A DNA stretch of 64,000 bases from Octopus vulgaris (GCA_951406725.2 OX597819.1:90086001-90150000), one strand, 5' to 3'; shown: positions 26,866 to 39,675, counted from the stretch's first letter. Made by a program: numbers and translations. Notes: generated by a model from the letters alone, not told the origin.

Positions 26866-27265
26866 GTGTGCCATGGTTCTGGGTTCAGTTCCACTACATG
26901 GTACTTTGGGCAAGTGTCTTCTACTATAGCCTCAAGCTGACCAAAGCCTTGTGAGTGGATTTGGTAGCTGGAAGGCGAAAGAAGCCTCACATGCGTGTAT
27001 GTGTGTGTGTGTATGTATGTGTGTGCATGTGTGTGTCTGTGTGTGTGTCTTTGTTTGTCCCCACCACCACCACTTGACAACGAGTGTTGGTGCATTGACT
27101 TCCTGTAACTTAGCAGTTTGGCAAAAGAAACCAATAGAATATGTACCAGGCTTTAAAAAAATTAAATACTGGGGGTCAGATCATTTGACTAAAAATTACT
27201 CAAGGCAGTGCTCCAGCATGGCCACTGTCTAATGACTAAAACAAGTTAAAGATAAAAGATGAAAG
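26866..27265 (+). mobile_element. SINE family A (older variant)
   Basis: Family A body with ccaccaccac variant and aaagataaaagat tail. Confidence 0.85.
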
Positions 27266-28607
27266 ACTGGATGAGAGAATTTGTTGAGAGGGTGTTGACA
27301 GAGAAAATCATCTACAACAAAAGGTGGTATGCCTTGTAAAGAGTGATTAGAGTAAAATTAATAAGAAATAGTAAGGAAATGGTAATAGGGAAAACTAGGT
27401 TAGAAGGAAGCCTAGTTAGAAACTTAGAAGAGGTGCTTAGGAAAGATATCACAACTCATGTACTCATGGCAAGACTGACCCTTCACCAATTCTTCAAGGC
27501 AAAGCATAAAGGCTGCTATATCAGAACTAAGACACATGCTCTAAGACACAAGAGAATGAAAAACCATCATTCAGGAATAAAAAATCAATCAAGATGAGTC
27601 ACTGGCCCTATAATTAGCTACTGGAGAGACAGGTCCCTGCTATCTAACACCATCATTGGGTGCTGGATAGATAGGTTAAATTGCTTATGGTTGTTTAGTT
27701 TAGATCTCCAAATGAAGAACTGGGATGACAAGTAGGGTGGCCAATTTCACACAGAAATAGGTTGAAAGAAATGGGCTCAGCATGTGGAAAAGTCTGCCAG
27801 GCAAAACTATGTGACAAAGGAAGGTGCATCCATATTGCACTCTCTTATCAAACAGTGAGAAAAGAAAGAAAATAATTCATCTCTGTATTTCAAAAGTCAC
27901 AGATGCTCTTCTTATAACTACAAAGGAGCAGTGGTTGGCAGCTCTTGCAGATTTTTGAAAGAGTATCTTCTCCATCAGCTGTGAGAAAAATATTCACACA
28001 AAACCATAAGCATTGTAATCAAAACTGGGAATGAATCCAAAAACAAGTTTCCACCTGGTGTTACAAAACCTGCCCAGTGGCTTGGCACAAAGGGTCACAG
28101 TAAAGGATACTGATGATGTTGATTCTTAACTTATTGTCACTTTTGTGAAGCATTATGAATAGGTTGTACATGCAAGGGTAATCAAGAACAGTATATGACT
28201 TCCAAAGACCATAGAACATTGTCCTAAACTGGGTACAGAAAGAAAAGTCATGAAGCTAATAAAAAAACAGGGAAGACAACTATGCATGTGGAAGTAAAAC
28301 CCCTGGATGGCTTTCTGCTTTGAAGAGTCTGAAAGAATGACCAGGGAACAGCAGAGACAGTACCAACAGACTACAGAAGCTGCTGTTCTCAGATCATGGC
28401 TCTGGAAATAGTGAAAAAGATTCCTCTGTCTCCAAATCCAGTAGTAGACATACAAAAAGCCAACTTTCAAGACAGTGATCAGGAAGCTAAGGGCCAACAA
28501 GCCTAGCTCCACATTTCATAATCAGTACTGGTTTTAAGTATGGACACACAAAGCAGTTGCCTGGGGTCTCCTACAGGTCAAGAAAGTATAATGCTAATCT
28601 ATTTATA

Positions 28608-28778
28608 GGCGCAGGAGTGGCTGTGTGGTAAGTAGCTTGCTAAACAACCACATGGTTCCGGGTTCAGTCCCACTGCGTGGCATCTTGGGCTAGTGTCTTC
28701 TGCTATAGCCCCGGGCCGACCAATGCCTTGTGAGTGGATTTGGTAGACGGAAACTGAAAGAAGCCTGTCGTATATATG

Positions 28779-28811
<33 letters not shown>

Positions 28812-29030
28812 TTGTGTGTCTGTGTTTGTCCCCCCTAGCATTGCTTGACAACCGATGCTGGTGTGTTTACGTCCCCGTCACTTAGCGGTTCGGCAAAAGA
28901 GACTGATAGAATAAGTACCGGGCTTACAAAGAATAAGTCCCGGGTCGATTTGCTCGACTAAAGGCGGTGCTCCAGCATGGCCGCAGTCAAATGACTGAAA
29001 CAAGTAAAAGAGTAAAAGAGAGAGTAAGAG
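28608..29030 (+). mobile_element. SINE family A, young full-length copy
   Basis: Complete head to tail with CpGs retained; near mirror of 53690-54078. Confidence 0.95.
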
Positions 29031-29687
29031 TAGCTTACTGTCAATAAATACTATAGACACCCCCACCAGTGCATTGCTTTGCTCAGGGCTTATAATACTT
29101 TTAAGATGCCTCTGCCTACTACCAGTAATTGCATCCCATTGTGTTGCAGAATGAAAGGGAAAATTTGAGAAACATTGGAAACAAAAGGAGGAAATCCCCA
29201 AAAGTAAAGCTGGCCAAACAGAAGGAATAGAACAAATGAAGGAAGGTTCATATCTCTGCAGAAGAAACCAAGGTTAAGAAATCCACCTCCTTTTCCAAAG
29301 CCATGATGTGAGAGAATTTAGCAAGGGCCCGATGGACTTGCTGAATAATCTACTGAACAAGAACAGAAGTGAGAAAGTGCTGGCTTGTGAAGAGATGAGA
29401 CTAGAAGGAACATTGAAGGGGATGACTGGCCAGGGAGAATTATATCAGCACTCTATCTTAACAACTGCACAATAGACATGAGGAAGATGTGGACTCCTTG
29501 GCCACTCTGAAATCCAAACTTGTATGTGAGCATATTGAGGACGAATCATTTCAAGTATTATAATGTGTATTGGGAACAGAAGATGAATAGAGTTGTGAAC
29601 TGTCTGATGTAATAAAGGTAGCGACTTCTCACTGATGAATGGGAAGGTCGCTCTGTTTTATTGGTTTTTTTAAAAACTATATCAGTG

Positions 29688-30124
29688 CTCTCTTTAATCT
29701 TTTACTTGTTTCAGTCATTTGACTGCGGCCATGCTGGAGCACTGCCGTTAGTCGAGCAAATCGACCCCAGGACTTATTCTTTGTAAGCCTAGTACTTATT
29801 CTTTCGGTCTCTTTTGCCGAACCGCTAAGTTACGGGGACGTAAACACACCAACATCGGTTGTCAATCGATGTTGGGGGGACAAACACAGACACACACATA
29901 TATAAAGCACGGAGTATATATATATATACGACGGGTTTCTTTCAGTTTCCGTCTTTGGTCGGCCCGAGGCTATAGTAGAAGACACTTGCCCAAGGTGCCA
30001 CGCAGTGGGACTGAACCCGGAACCATGTGGTTGGGAAGCAAGCTACTTACCACATAGCCACTCCCGCGCTTACTTACCACTCAGCCACTCCTGCGATTAC
30101 TTACCACACAGCCACTCCAGTGCT
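29688..30124 (-). mobile_element. SINE family A with triplicated 27-bp head
   Basis: Reverse-complement copy with units tacttaccac..agccactcc.g.g.t at 30044, 30071 and 30098. Confidence 0.9.
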
Positions 30125-30129
30125 TTATA

Positions 30130-32800
30130 TAATTATCGAATTATTTTGTGTGACTTTAACATTTTTAACACCGCGTAGTATATTGCGTAACGACTCTACC
30201 CCCATCTCCTGGTTTTAGATAACTTTGTTGTACATTTCCACGTATATTTGCATTTCCTTTGTAATAAAACCTATTGTTATGTATGAATGGGTCCCGGTAA
30301 CAAATAAATGAAATGATTTGGCAGAACCGTTAGAGCGTCAGACAAAACCTTGCGGCATTTAGTTACCGCCCTTTATATTCTGAGTTCAAATCTCGACGAG
30401 GTCAACTTTACTTTTCATCTTCACGGAGTTGATAGAATTAGTATTAGTCAAGTACTGAAGTCGATATAACCGACTGCACTTTCTCCTCGAATTCCTGGTC
30501 TTGTGCCTATGTAAGAAATCGCTGTTGTTTTCAATGGTGGTGGTGGCAGTGTTGCTTAAGGAAGGTAGCGAATTCGCCTCCCACTATCCCTCCTTTCAGC
30601 AGATCAGATTTCATTTAATTTGCTTCATGAGAAGCTCCCTATTATAAAAGATAGGCTGTGGCTGTAATGTTACGCAGCCCTAGGTTGGCTCGAAGTTGAG
30701 CAGACTTAACTATAACCAAAAGCATTCCAGCCATGACCATCTTTTTCTTTTCTTTTTCCAGTCATTATAAGTAACACTGTATAATCCAATGTAGAATGAA
30801 ACGCTTTTAAAGGGTGGCATGATTCAAGGGAAATTTGGCTGCTATCTCTAGCAGGTCGATCAACCGTGTAGAGAGTGCCTTGTTACCTCGTGGTGATGGT
30901 GATGGTGGTGGTTAAGCAGACGATCAAGGCGACGGCGACGACGATAGGTGTTGCTCGTTTTCCAATTCTTCCTGACTTAGAAAACTAGGTGTGTCGATAG
31001 AAGTGGATGTATAATGTTTTAACGTCACTTTTATATAGTTTATAAGGATTTAACGTTACTTTTATCCGCCTGCCTCGCCTGACTGACTGACTATCTCACG
31101 ATCACAAATATGTGCGCTTACACATATTACACCACACACACACACACACACACACTGAGGCACATATTACACCATACACACACGCGCGCGCTTACATCAT
31201 ACACATACACATACGCACACGTGTCTTCGACCAATAGTTTCGCATGTGTAAGTGCGTGCGTATGTATATGCCCGCCGTATCGTTGTTGATGCCAGCGTAA
31301 AGGGGTGTAGGCGTGCTTGTAGTATATTAGCGTGTACGTATGTGTGTTTTGGTTCATTATAGTACACAAAATGGCTACTGACATGTTCTTGCCTGGTAGT
31401 AGTATGATACCAGCTACACTTGTGGAGCTTTCCGTTTCTTGCAGGTAAAAAAAAAATATATATATATACATATATATCAGTATATACAAATTTATCTATA
31501 TATTTTCTCTAATGTTTGTTCTCTTTTCCGCCGCCACCACCACCATCAACATCACTTTTTTTTGTTTTTGATGTCATTTTGTTGTTGTTGGAATGGTCGG
31601 TGGGGGGTGGGGGGGCAAGGTATTTGTTATATTTTTTCTTTTGGAACCAAAAAAAAAAAAAAGGAAGAACCAAATAACAAACATATTCATATCTGTGTGT
31701 GTGTGTGTGTATGCACAAGGGGTATTTCTCTCACTTTCCTTCTATTTTAAGATACTACCAACTTACTCGAAATTGATCTATCTGTCTGTCTCTCTCTCTC
31801 TCCAACTATCTATCTATCTATCTGTCTATCTATCTATCTATCTGTCTGTCTGTCTATCTGTGTATGTGTACTGTATACTTTGCCAGTAAAGTATTATATA
31901 TGTGTACGTATACAGACACGCGCACAAATATACGATGCATTCAAATGGATAGACAGAAGAATAGGTGGAGAGGAACATATACATAGCTAAAATGTTAGTC
32001 ACCAGATATCTAAATATCATCATTATTATTAATGTTCTGAGTAAAGTATTAGGTTTCAGTTATCGACTGTCTCGAGCTTTAATTCCTACTAACCTCAAAA
32101 TGTTCATTCTACTATATCAACATGTTACAAAATACACAGAAAAAAATACAGGTTACTGTCTATCGAAGAAATCTTTATATATACTTAGTTCTTCTTCGTT
32201 GTATATATATATGTAAAATCGACAGAAGTTTCAAAGTGGCTTCTTGCTGATTAAAATACCCGTGTTTTGAGTTCTGTTTATCTGTTTGTAGTACCAAACA
32301 AACACTCGTACGTGTGTGCGGTATAGGAGTAAATAAGTATATATAGCTTCGAAGAACTGTGTCAATTAAGTTTGTTGTAAAAAATAACTTTTTACATAAT
32401 AGTTGCTGTTTAACACTTACCAATCTATAACACTCGTATTCCCCTTACGCACTGACACAATCTTCATAAATAAGGAAAGTAAATTTAAATGTCATCTTTA
32501 ATAACACTTGTTGTTTCCTATAAACCGCGAAACTTCAACTCGTTTTTGTTTTGTTTTACTTGAGTTTTAAGTCGATCTATTTTGCTACTAATCATTTTTC
32601 TTTCTTTCATTCTTTCACCGACTTAAGACAAGACAATCGGACAGTTAATTTGATAAATTAGCTAATGATAGTTATTTCATCATCATGATCATATGACAAA
32701 ACATAAAATTATACAAGACACTTGTTTATATATTTATATATTACAGCAAGTGGACATCGTTGTCAGCTCTTCACATCGACCACACCTAGTTCTTGAGAAA
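30130..32800. promoter_or_regulatory. CpG-retaining region around the copine ATG exon (probable promoter)
   Basis: CpGs are visibly dense in non-repeat sequence (gcgacggcgacgacg, acgcgcgcgc, cccgccgtatcg) compared with the CpG-depleted flanks. Confidence 0.6.
31371..31444 (+). CDS. First coding exon of a copine (C2-C2-vWA Ca2+-dependent phospholipid-binding protein, CPNE5/8/9-like)
   Basis: aaaATG start, translation MATDMFLPGSSMIPATLVELSVSC plus AG|gtaaaa (phase-2 donor). IPATxVExxVSCR is the N-terminal entry to C2A in copines 5/8/9. A possible acceptor ttattatag-like site ends at 31362. Not in the ORF track because it is short. Confidence 0.85.
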
Positions 32801-33095
32801 CAAAATAGAGTAATAAAATATTTTTTAAAAATTGATAAGTAACCATAACATTTCAAAACACAACATTTTCCCACATTGTTTAAAAACACATTTAACACAT
32901 TGTCTGATGTCATAGGTTTGGGAAAATATATTAAGAGGATAAGGACATCCAGAAATTCCTTAATTATTTCCTACTTTAAATCTTATTTACCTTCCGTTTT
33001 ATCTATCCTTCTGTCTATTCATCTGTTGATCTATTTGTTTGTCTTTCTACATTTATGTATATATCTATGTTTATATTATCTTCCTTCTCTCCTAC

Positions 33096-33096
33096 C

Positions 33097-33194
<98 letters not shown>

Positions 33195-33516
33195 CACAGA
33201 TAGATAGATAGACAGACAGATAGATAGATAGATAGACGGATAGATAGATAGATAGATAGACAGATAGATCGAAAGACAGATAGTTAGATAGACAGATAGA
33301 TCGAAAGACAGATAGATAGATAGATAGACAGTTAGATCGAAAGACGGATAGATAGACAGATAGATCGAAAGACAGATAAATAGATAGATAGACAAATAGA
33401 CAGATAGATCGAAAGACAGATAGATAGATAGATAGGGCTAAACATAGAGGGGACAAATACAAATATATAGCTTTTCTTTTCGAAAATTTACCAAAAGATA
33501 GATAGATAGATAGATG
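33096..33516. repeat. Compound (CT)n(TA)n(GA)n and (GATA)n-derived minisatellite
   Basis: Includes a recurring agatcgaaagac unit within GATA runs. Confidence 0.9.
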
Positions 33517-34180
33517 GTAAGTTTTGCTTCCAAGCTACATGCTTTCGGGTTCAATCCCCCTGAGTGACATCTTCGATAAGTGCTTTCTAATATAGCCCCG
33601 GACCCGAAAGAAGCCCGTCGTCTATATATATGTGTGTGTGTGTGTATTTACGTATTATGATATATAGTCACAAGTATAAATGTATATATTTAAATGCATA
33701 TTATGTGTAAGCGTGTAGACGTCCCCTACACACACATATTGTTTGTTTTTACATCAAGTAATAAGTAAAAGAAAATTATCATTAAACAGAAAGATTACTC
33801 AATACTTTTTAGTAGAGTGCATATTAAACTTTTATAAAGAAAAGATTGCTGGTGACTTCATTTTCTGTTTGCTCTTTCATCAGACAGCAAGTCGAAACTT
33901 TGAAGTCACTATTATCATTTTCCTTGTAAATGTTTAATAAATAAGATTAAGATTAATGTAAAAAATAAATAACACTGAAGCAAAATAACACCAAATATAT
34001 AGTGCGTGTGTTTTTATTGGCTAAACTGGCAAAATGACCATTCCGAAATATAATAATAAGTTTAATAAATACACATTCATATATGTGTCTGTGTGTTATA
34101 TCATAATTATTAAATATTTTATATATACTCGTATTTAGTTATGTGTGTTTTGAGTGCATGTGTTTATATATATAATACAA

Positions 34181-34235
<55 letters not shown>

Positions 34236-34410
34236 GCATACACATATATTACACATATAATAGATGCGTATATGTTTGTGTATGTGTAAGTCTTTAAAGT
34301 ATGCAGTATGTATTATATATATAGCCATATACCCCATACTCAAACCCATATTTTCATTTAATTATATATATGTGTGTGTGTATACACCATGTATGTCCTT
34401 TTATTTACGG

Positions 34411-34598
34411 CAGTGCTCCGCAACCGGTATGCCGCGGCACACTTGTGTGTCACGAGACGATGCTAGGTGCACTGCAGTGTAACATGAATATCATTTTTTC
34501 CCCCTTATACTTTTAGTTATATTTTTAGTTCAGTTGTGCCGCCAAATTTTGAAAAGAATATAAGTGTACCGCAAGTGGAAAAAGGTTGCAAAGTTCTG
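34411..34598. mobile_element. hAT (Charlie-like) MITE
   Basis: Termini CAGTGCTCCGCAACC / GGTTGCAAAGTTCTG, imperfect 8-bp TSD atttacgg / atttagag, internal gtgccgc repeats. Confidence 0.75.
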
Positions 34599-34699
34599 AT
34601 TTAGAGTACACACTGATATGGTGCTGTGGTAATAGTTATTTAATCCACACCAGCTTGGAGAAACAGACATGAAAACAATGTTGCTACTGTTGACATATA

Positions 34700-34881
34700 C
34701 GTACATACATACATACGTACATGCATACATACATACATATAAATATATATATACACACACACATATATGTATGTATGTTATATATATATATATATATGTA
34801 TGTATATATATGTATATATATATATATATATATGTATTATGTATGTATATATATATGTGTATGTATGTATATATATATATG

Positions 34882-34913
<32 letters not shown>

Positions 34914-34970
34914 TATATATATGTATTATGTATGTATATATATATGTGTATGTATGTATATATATATATG

Positions 34971-35002
<32 letters not shown>

Positions 35003-35094
35003 TATATGTATATATGTATGTATATATATATGTATATATGTATGTATATATATATGTATGTATGTATATATATATGTATGTATGTATATATATG

Positions 35095-35180
<86 letters not shown>

Positions 35181-35416
35181 TGTATGTATATATATATGTA
35201 TGTATATATGTATGTATGTATATATGTATGTATGTATATATATATGTATATATGTATGTATGTATATATATATGTATGTATATATATATGTATGTATATA
35301 TATGTGTGTATAAATATATGAATATATGTATATATATATGTGTATAAATATATGTGTATATGTTTATATATATGTGTATAAATATATGTATATATATATG
35401 TGTGTGTATAAATATT

Positions 35417-35464
<48 letters not shown>

Positions 35465-35575
35465 AAATATATGTATATATATATCATCATCATCGTTTAA
35501 CGTCCGTTCTCCATGCTAGCATGGGTTAGACTATATATATGTATAAATATATGTATGTGTGTGTGTGTGTGTGTT
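34700..35575. repeat. Long (TA)/(TATG) microsatellite field
   Basis: Direct reading. Confidence 0.95.
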
Positions 35576-35995
35576 AATGTACGTATAATGTAGGACAGCA
35601 TGCTGCTACGATCGTTACAACATTGATGAAATTCTTTCAGTTATTTTTTTCTGGTTCTTTGTGTTGTTATAAGTTCAAGCCTTACTAATGTCAACTTTGC
35701 CTTCCGTCACACTGGGATCAATAAAGTAAAGTAGCTGTCAAGTACTGGGGTGGGGGGTTGATGTTATTGATTAACTGTTCATATCAAAGTTGCTGTGGAC
35801 TTGTATCTAAATTAGAAACTATTGTAATTGTCTCTTCTTGGCACAGGTGTGCCTTTGTGGTGAGAAGTTTGCTTCCAAACTGGGTTCAGTCCTATTGAAT
35901 GGCACCTTGAACAAGTGTCTTTTACTATAGCCTTTGGCTGATCAAAGCCTTGTGAGTGGATTTAGTTGACTGTCTGGAAACTGCAGTTGTGATCC

Positions 35996-36362
35996 CTGTG
36001 CCGGTGTCACGTAAAAAGCACCATCCGAACATGGCCGATGCCAGCGCCGCCTAGACTGGCTTCCGTGCCGGTGGCATGTAAAAAGCACCATCCGAACGTG
36101 GCCGATGCCAGCTCCGCCTTGACTGGCTTCCATGCCGGTGGCACGTAAAAAGCACCAATCTGATCGTGGCCGTTGCCAGCCTCGCCTGGCACATAAAAAG
36201 CACCCACTATACTCACGGAGTGGTTGGCGTTAGGAAGGACATCCAGCTGTAGAAACACTGCCAGATCAGACTGGAGCCTGGTGCAGCCTTCTGGTTCCCA
36301 GATCCCCGGTCGAACTGTCCAACCCATGCGAGCATGGAGAACGGATGTTAAATGATGATGAT
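35996..36362 (+). mobile_element. RTE-type LINE 3' UTR with 67-bp tandem units
   Basis: Units start at 35996, 36063 and 36130. The 3' module ggcgttaggaaggacatccagctgtagaaa...ggatgttaaatgatgatgat follows. The same repeats follow RT-coding sequence at 52600-52845 and 46801-47825. Confidence 0.75.
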
Positions 36363-36858
36363 AATTGTTAAAGAGGACAACAAACGTTAAGGCAAGGCAA
36401 ACATCTCAAGTTATATACAATATATTATTATTGGAAAAAATTCAGTCTTACAGGTGTTTCTAGGATATCCCCAAACTATTATATATCCACTACATTGAAA
36501 ATCTGCAATGGCTCCATAACTATCGTCATGGCTATAACCTTGGAGCCCTAGTAATTCATTAAAGCACTTAACTAGCATACCTAATCATTTAGATCACTTA
36601 TGAATTAAACCCCCATACTTTGAGTATATATGTATATATATGTTTGTGTGTGTGTGTGTATGCATGTTTGTGTTAATGTCTTCTTGCCTTGACATCATGT
36701 GATAATTGTAAACAAGTGTCACCTTCATACAAGTGGTTTGTTTCTGATCTTCTTGTAAACATCTCTGTTCACAGGGAAATATTACCTTACTTGGAGTGTT
36801 GGTGACTGGAAAAGCATCCAGCCATTGAAAACATACCTCAACAAATTCTGTTTAGACT

Positions 36859-37020
36859 TATATATATTTTTTCTGATATACATAATCACAGTTCCATTAT
36901 ATATAAAGTCACTTCAGGGTCTTGGGTTTAGAAAAAGACAAGATGCTAAAGCCAAGACACTGATGTGACTTTATACATAATGGAACTGTGATTATGTATA
37001 TCAGAAAAAAAATATATATA
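36859..37020. repeat. Hairpin element, about 73-bp arms and 14-nt loop, TA-flanked
   Basis: ttttctgatatacataatcacagttccattat..ataaagtcac / gtgactttat..ataatggaactgtgattatgtatatcagaaaa. Confidence 0.9.
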
Positions 37021-37105
37021 AATCGACACAATTTGTTAGCCTGTTATGGTTTTTATAATTATTTATGCTATATAATATTATGTTATGTTATATATTATAT
37101 TCATA

Positions 37106-37167
<62 letters not shown>

Positions 37168-37659
37168 CAGATATATAATATATATTATATAATATATGTA
37201 TATTGTGCTATAATACATAATGAATATTATAGATAGACTGGGGGGTAGGTAGAAAATAGGGATATTCAGAGCAAATTCGTATATGGGTGGGTGAGGCTAG
37301 GTGGAGTGTCATTAAAAAAAGAGAGATAAAGGTGATGTTGACAAGGAGATAGATTGTACTATTAAGGTAACATGTTCAAAAAGGTGATTAGAAGAATCAG
37401 ACAGAACAATTGAGGGTGCATAAAAGTTGCTTGAGTGTGCTTGAGTGTGTTTGAAGGGTGCATAAAAGTTGCTTGAGTGTGTTTGAAGTGGGCTGAATTA
37501 AATAGGTATCAAAGCTGGTCAATATGCAATCAAAGGTGGGTGTAGTTGATGACGAGAATGAAGGATGAAAAGGTATTCAGAGACAACGAAATTATGACTG
37601 GCAGTACGGAAAGTATCTTGATGTGATATGTAGTATGGAGTTTTGCTTTCATTAGTTAC

Positions 37660-37875
37660 AGCAAGTTGGCAGAATTGTCACCAATGTCGCCAAACTGCTT
37701 AGCAGCATTTCTTCACTGTCCTAACATACTGAGTTTAAGTGCTGTCAGAGTTGACTTTGCTTTTTATCCTTTCAAAGTTGCTAAACTAAGTAAAAGTTCA
37801 GTGCTGGATTCATTGTAATTGACTGGCCCCTCCCCACAAAATTTCAAGCCTTCTGCCTATTGTAGAAAGAATTAA
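37660..37875 (+). mobile_element. SINE family C (decayed)
   Basis: Family C unit. Further decayed copies lie at about 30318-30520, 35600-35825 and 58700-58885. Confidence 0.75.
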
Positions 37876-38238
37876 GTACAGCAACAGAATGATGCATTAG
37901 ATAGAAGGGTGATGGGAGAATGAATTATAGGGTGACTGGTAGAAAGGGACTTTTCAGGAATATATTTGATGAGGGATCTATATTTGTGCATAAATAATAT
38001 ACTTCTATCATAACATCAGTTTCTCCATGCTTGTATTAATGGATGGGTCTTGAGGACCCTCATACCATCGAAGTACTTTTCTGTTTCTTCCATAAGGTTT
38101 AACATCCTGAAATTAGTATACAGCACTTCATTCCACATCTTCCTGGCTCTGCATTTTCCCGCCAGTTCCATCCATTTATATAAATAAATAAATGTATGTA
38201 TGTGTGTGCGTGTGTATGTATGTACGTACGTATATATG

Positions 38239-38290
<52 letters not shown>

Positions 38291-38492
38291 TATATATATA
38301 TATTGTATAAAGATTGTGGATAAGGCCAAAAACAATGCAAGGTAAATCACAAGAAAAATATGTGAATTAATGTGGACTTGCATTGTTCATGGCCTTACCC
38401 TCGATCTTTATACAATTATATATATATATATTATGATATATATATTTGAGTCTATATATACACACACATACATACAAAAAGTATATATATAC

Positions 38493-38816
38493 ATGCCGGT
38501 GGCATGTAAAAGCACCATTCAAACATGGCTGATGCCAATACCCCCTGACTGGCTCCTGTGCCAGTGGTACATAAAAAGCACTATCTGAACCTGATCAATG
38601 CCAGGCCCGCCTGACTGGCTCCTGTGCCAGTGACATGTAAAAAGAGTCCACTACACTCTCGGAGTGGTTGGTGCTAGGAAGGGCATCCAGCTGTAGAAAC
38701 ATTGCCAGATCAGATTGGGGACTGGTGCAGCCACTGGCTCTCCAGACCTCAGTCAAACCGTCCAACCCATGCCAGCATGGAAAACGGATGTTAAGTGGTG
38801 ATGATGATGATAATGA
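38493..38816 (+). mobile_element. RTE-type LINE 3' UTR copy
   Basis: Same modules and (GAT)n tail as 35996-36362. Confidence 0.75.
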
Positions 38817-38886
38817 TACACACACACACACACACATATGTATATCTATATACATGTATATGTACATATGTGTGTGTGTGTGTGTG

Positions 38887-38923
<37 letters not shown>

Positions 38924-39509
38924 CTGAAGAGGTAGGTCCATTTTATGAGCCCATGAAGCATTAAGATTCAAGGAGTTAAATCAAACTGTTATTAGATAAT
39001 ATATGTAACTTTTACAAGGTGTATTGAGTTCCACTCACTCGTATGTGTGTGAGTTTGTGTGTGTGTCTGTGTGTTTGTATGCCTAGATAGTCTTTTTATG
39101 CATATATTTTATACATATACACATATGCAAAGCTTTGGTAAGCTGGAATAAAATGACGTCTGATGACGTCATTCAGAGCCCAGCTTGATGTGTTTTTACA
39201 CACATAATCTATAAGAAAAATATCTTTTCTGAAACAATTTCTGTAGCAAGTGTCTTTCCGTGTTGAGTGTACATAAGCGTGTTGAATATGTACACAGTTT
39301 TTTTTTTTTTAATAATTGCTGCTTAGTGTGTATATAATTAATTCCACCTTCATAAAGCTTTGCTTATACTAGTAATTTTTTGTTGTTGTTATTGTTGCTG
39401 TTGTGTGGTTCAGAAGCTTACTTTGCAACCAAGTGGTTTTGGGTTAAGCTCCACTGAGAGGCAAATGTTGGCACAAAGACGTGCACACACACCAACACAT
39501 ATTTTTAAA

Positions 39510-39675
39510 CATGACAAGCTTCTTTCAGTTTCTGTCTTCCAAATCTACTCACAAATCTTTGGTTGACTTGAGGCTGTAGTAGAAGACACTTGCCCAAGGT
39601 GCCACACAGTGAGACTGAACCAGAACCATGTGGTTTGGAAGCAAGCTTCTTACCACACAGCCACGCCTGCACCTA
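39510..39675 (-). mobile_element. SINE family A, 5' half
   Basis: Reverse complement of the family A head, ending gccacgcctgcacctat. Confidence 0.85.

Larger units (their letters stand above)
26400..29690 (+). mobile_element. Heavily decayed LINE (L1/Tx1-like) interrupted by two SINEs
   Basis: Near 26660-26810 the translation WTWTNS...SSLYLDRVFCRQ...IGCAQFKIIF.TEHKFV resembles the end of an AP endonuclease. Purine-rich broken coding-like sequence continues to a T-rich end at about 29690. Confidence 0.45.

Noticed and set aside
28599-29201. Recurrent ORFs such as LLSVSVYQIHSQG...CHAVGLNPEPCG
   Set aside because: Translations of SINE family A, repeated wherever the SINE occurs.
35996-36210. 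CRISPR-like repeat-spacer appearance
   Set aside because: The spacers are homologous to each other, the array is part of a multi-copy LINE 3' UTR, there are no cas genes, and the context is eukaryotic.
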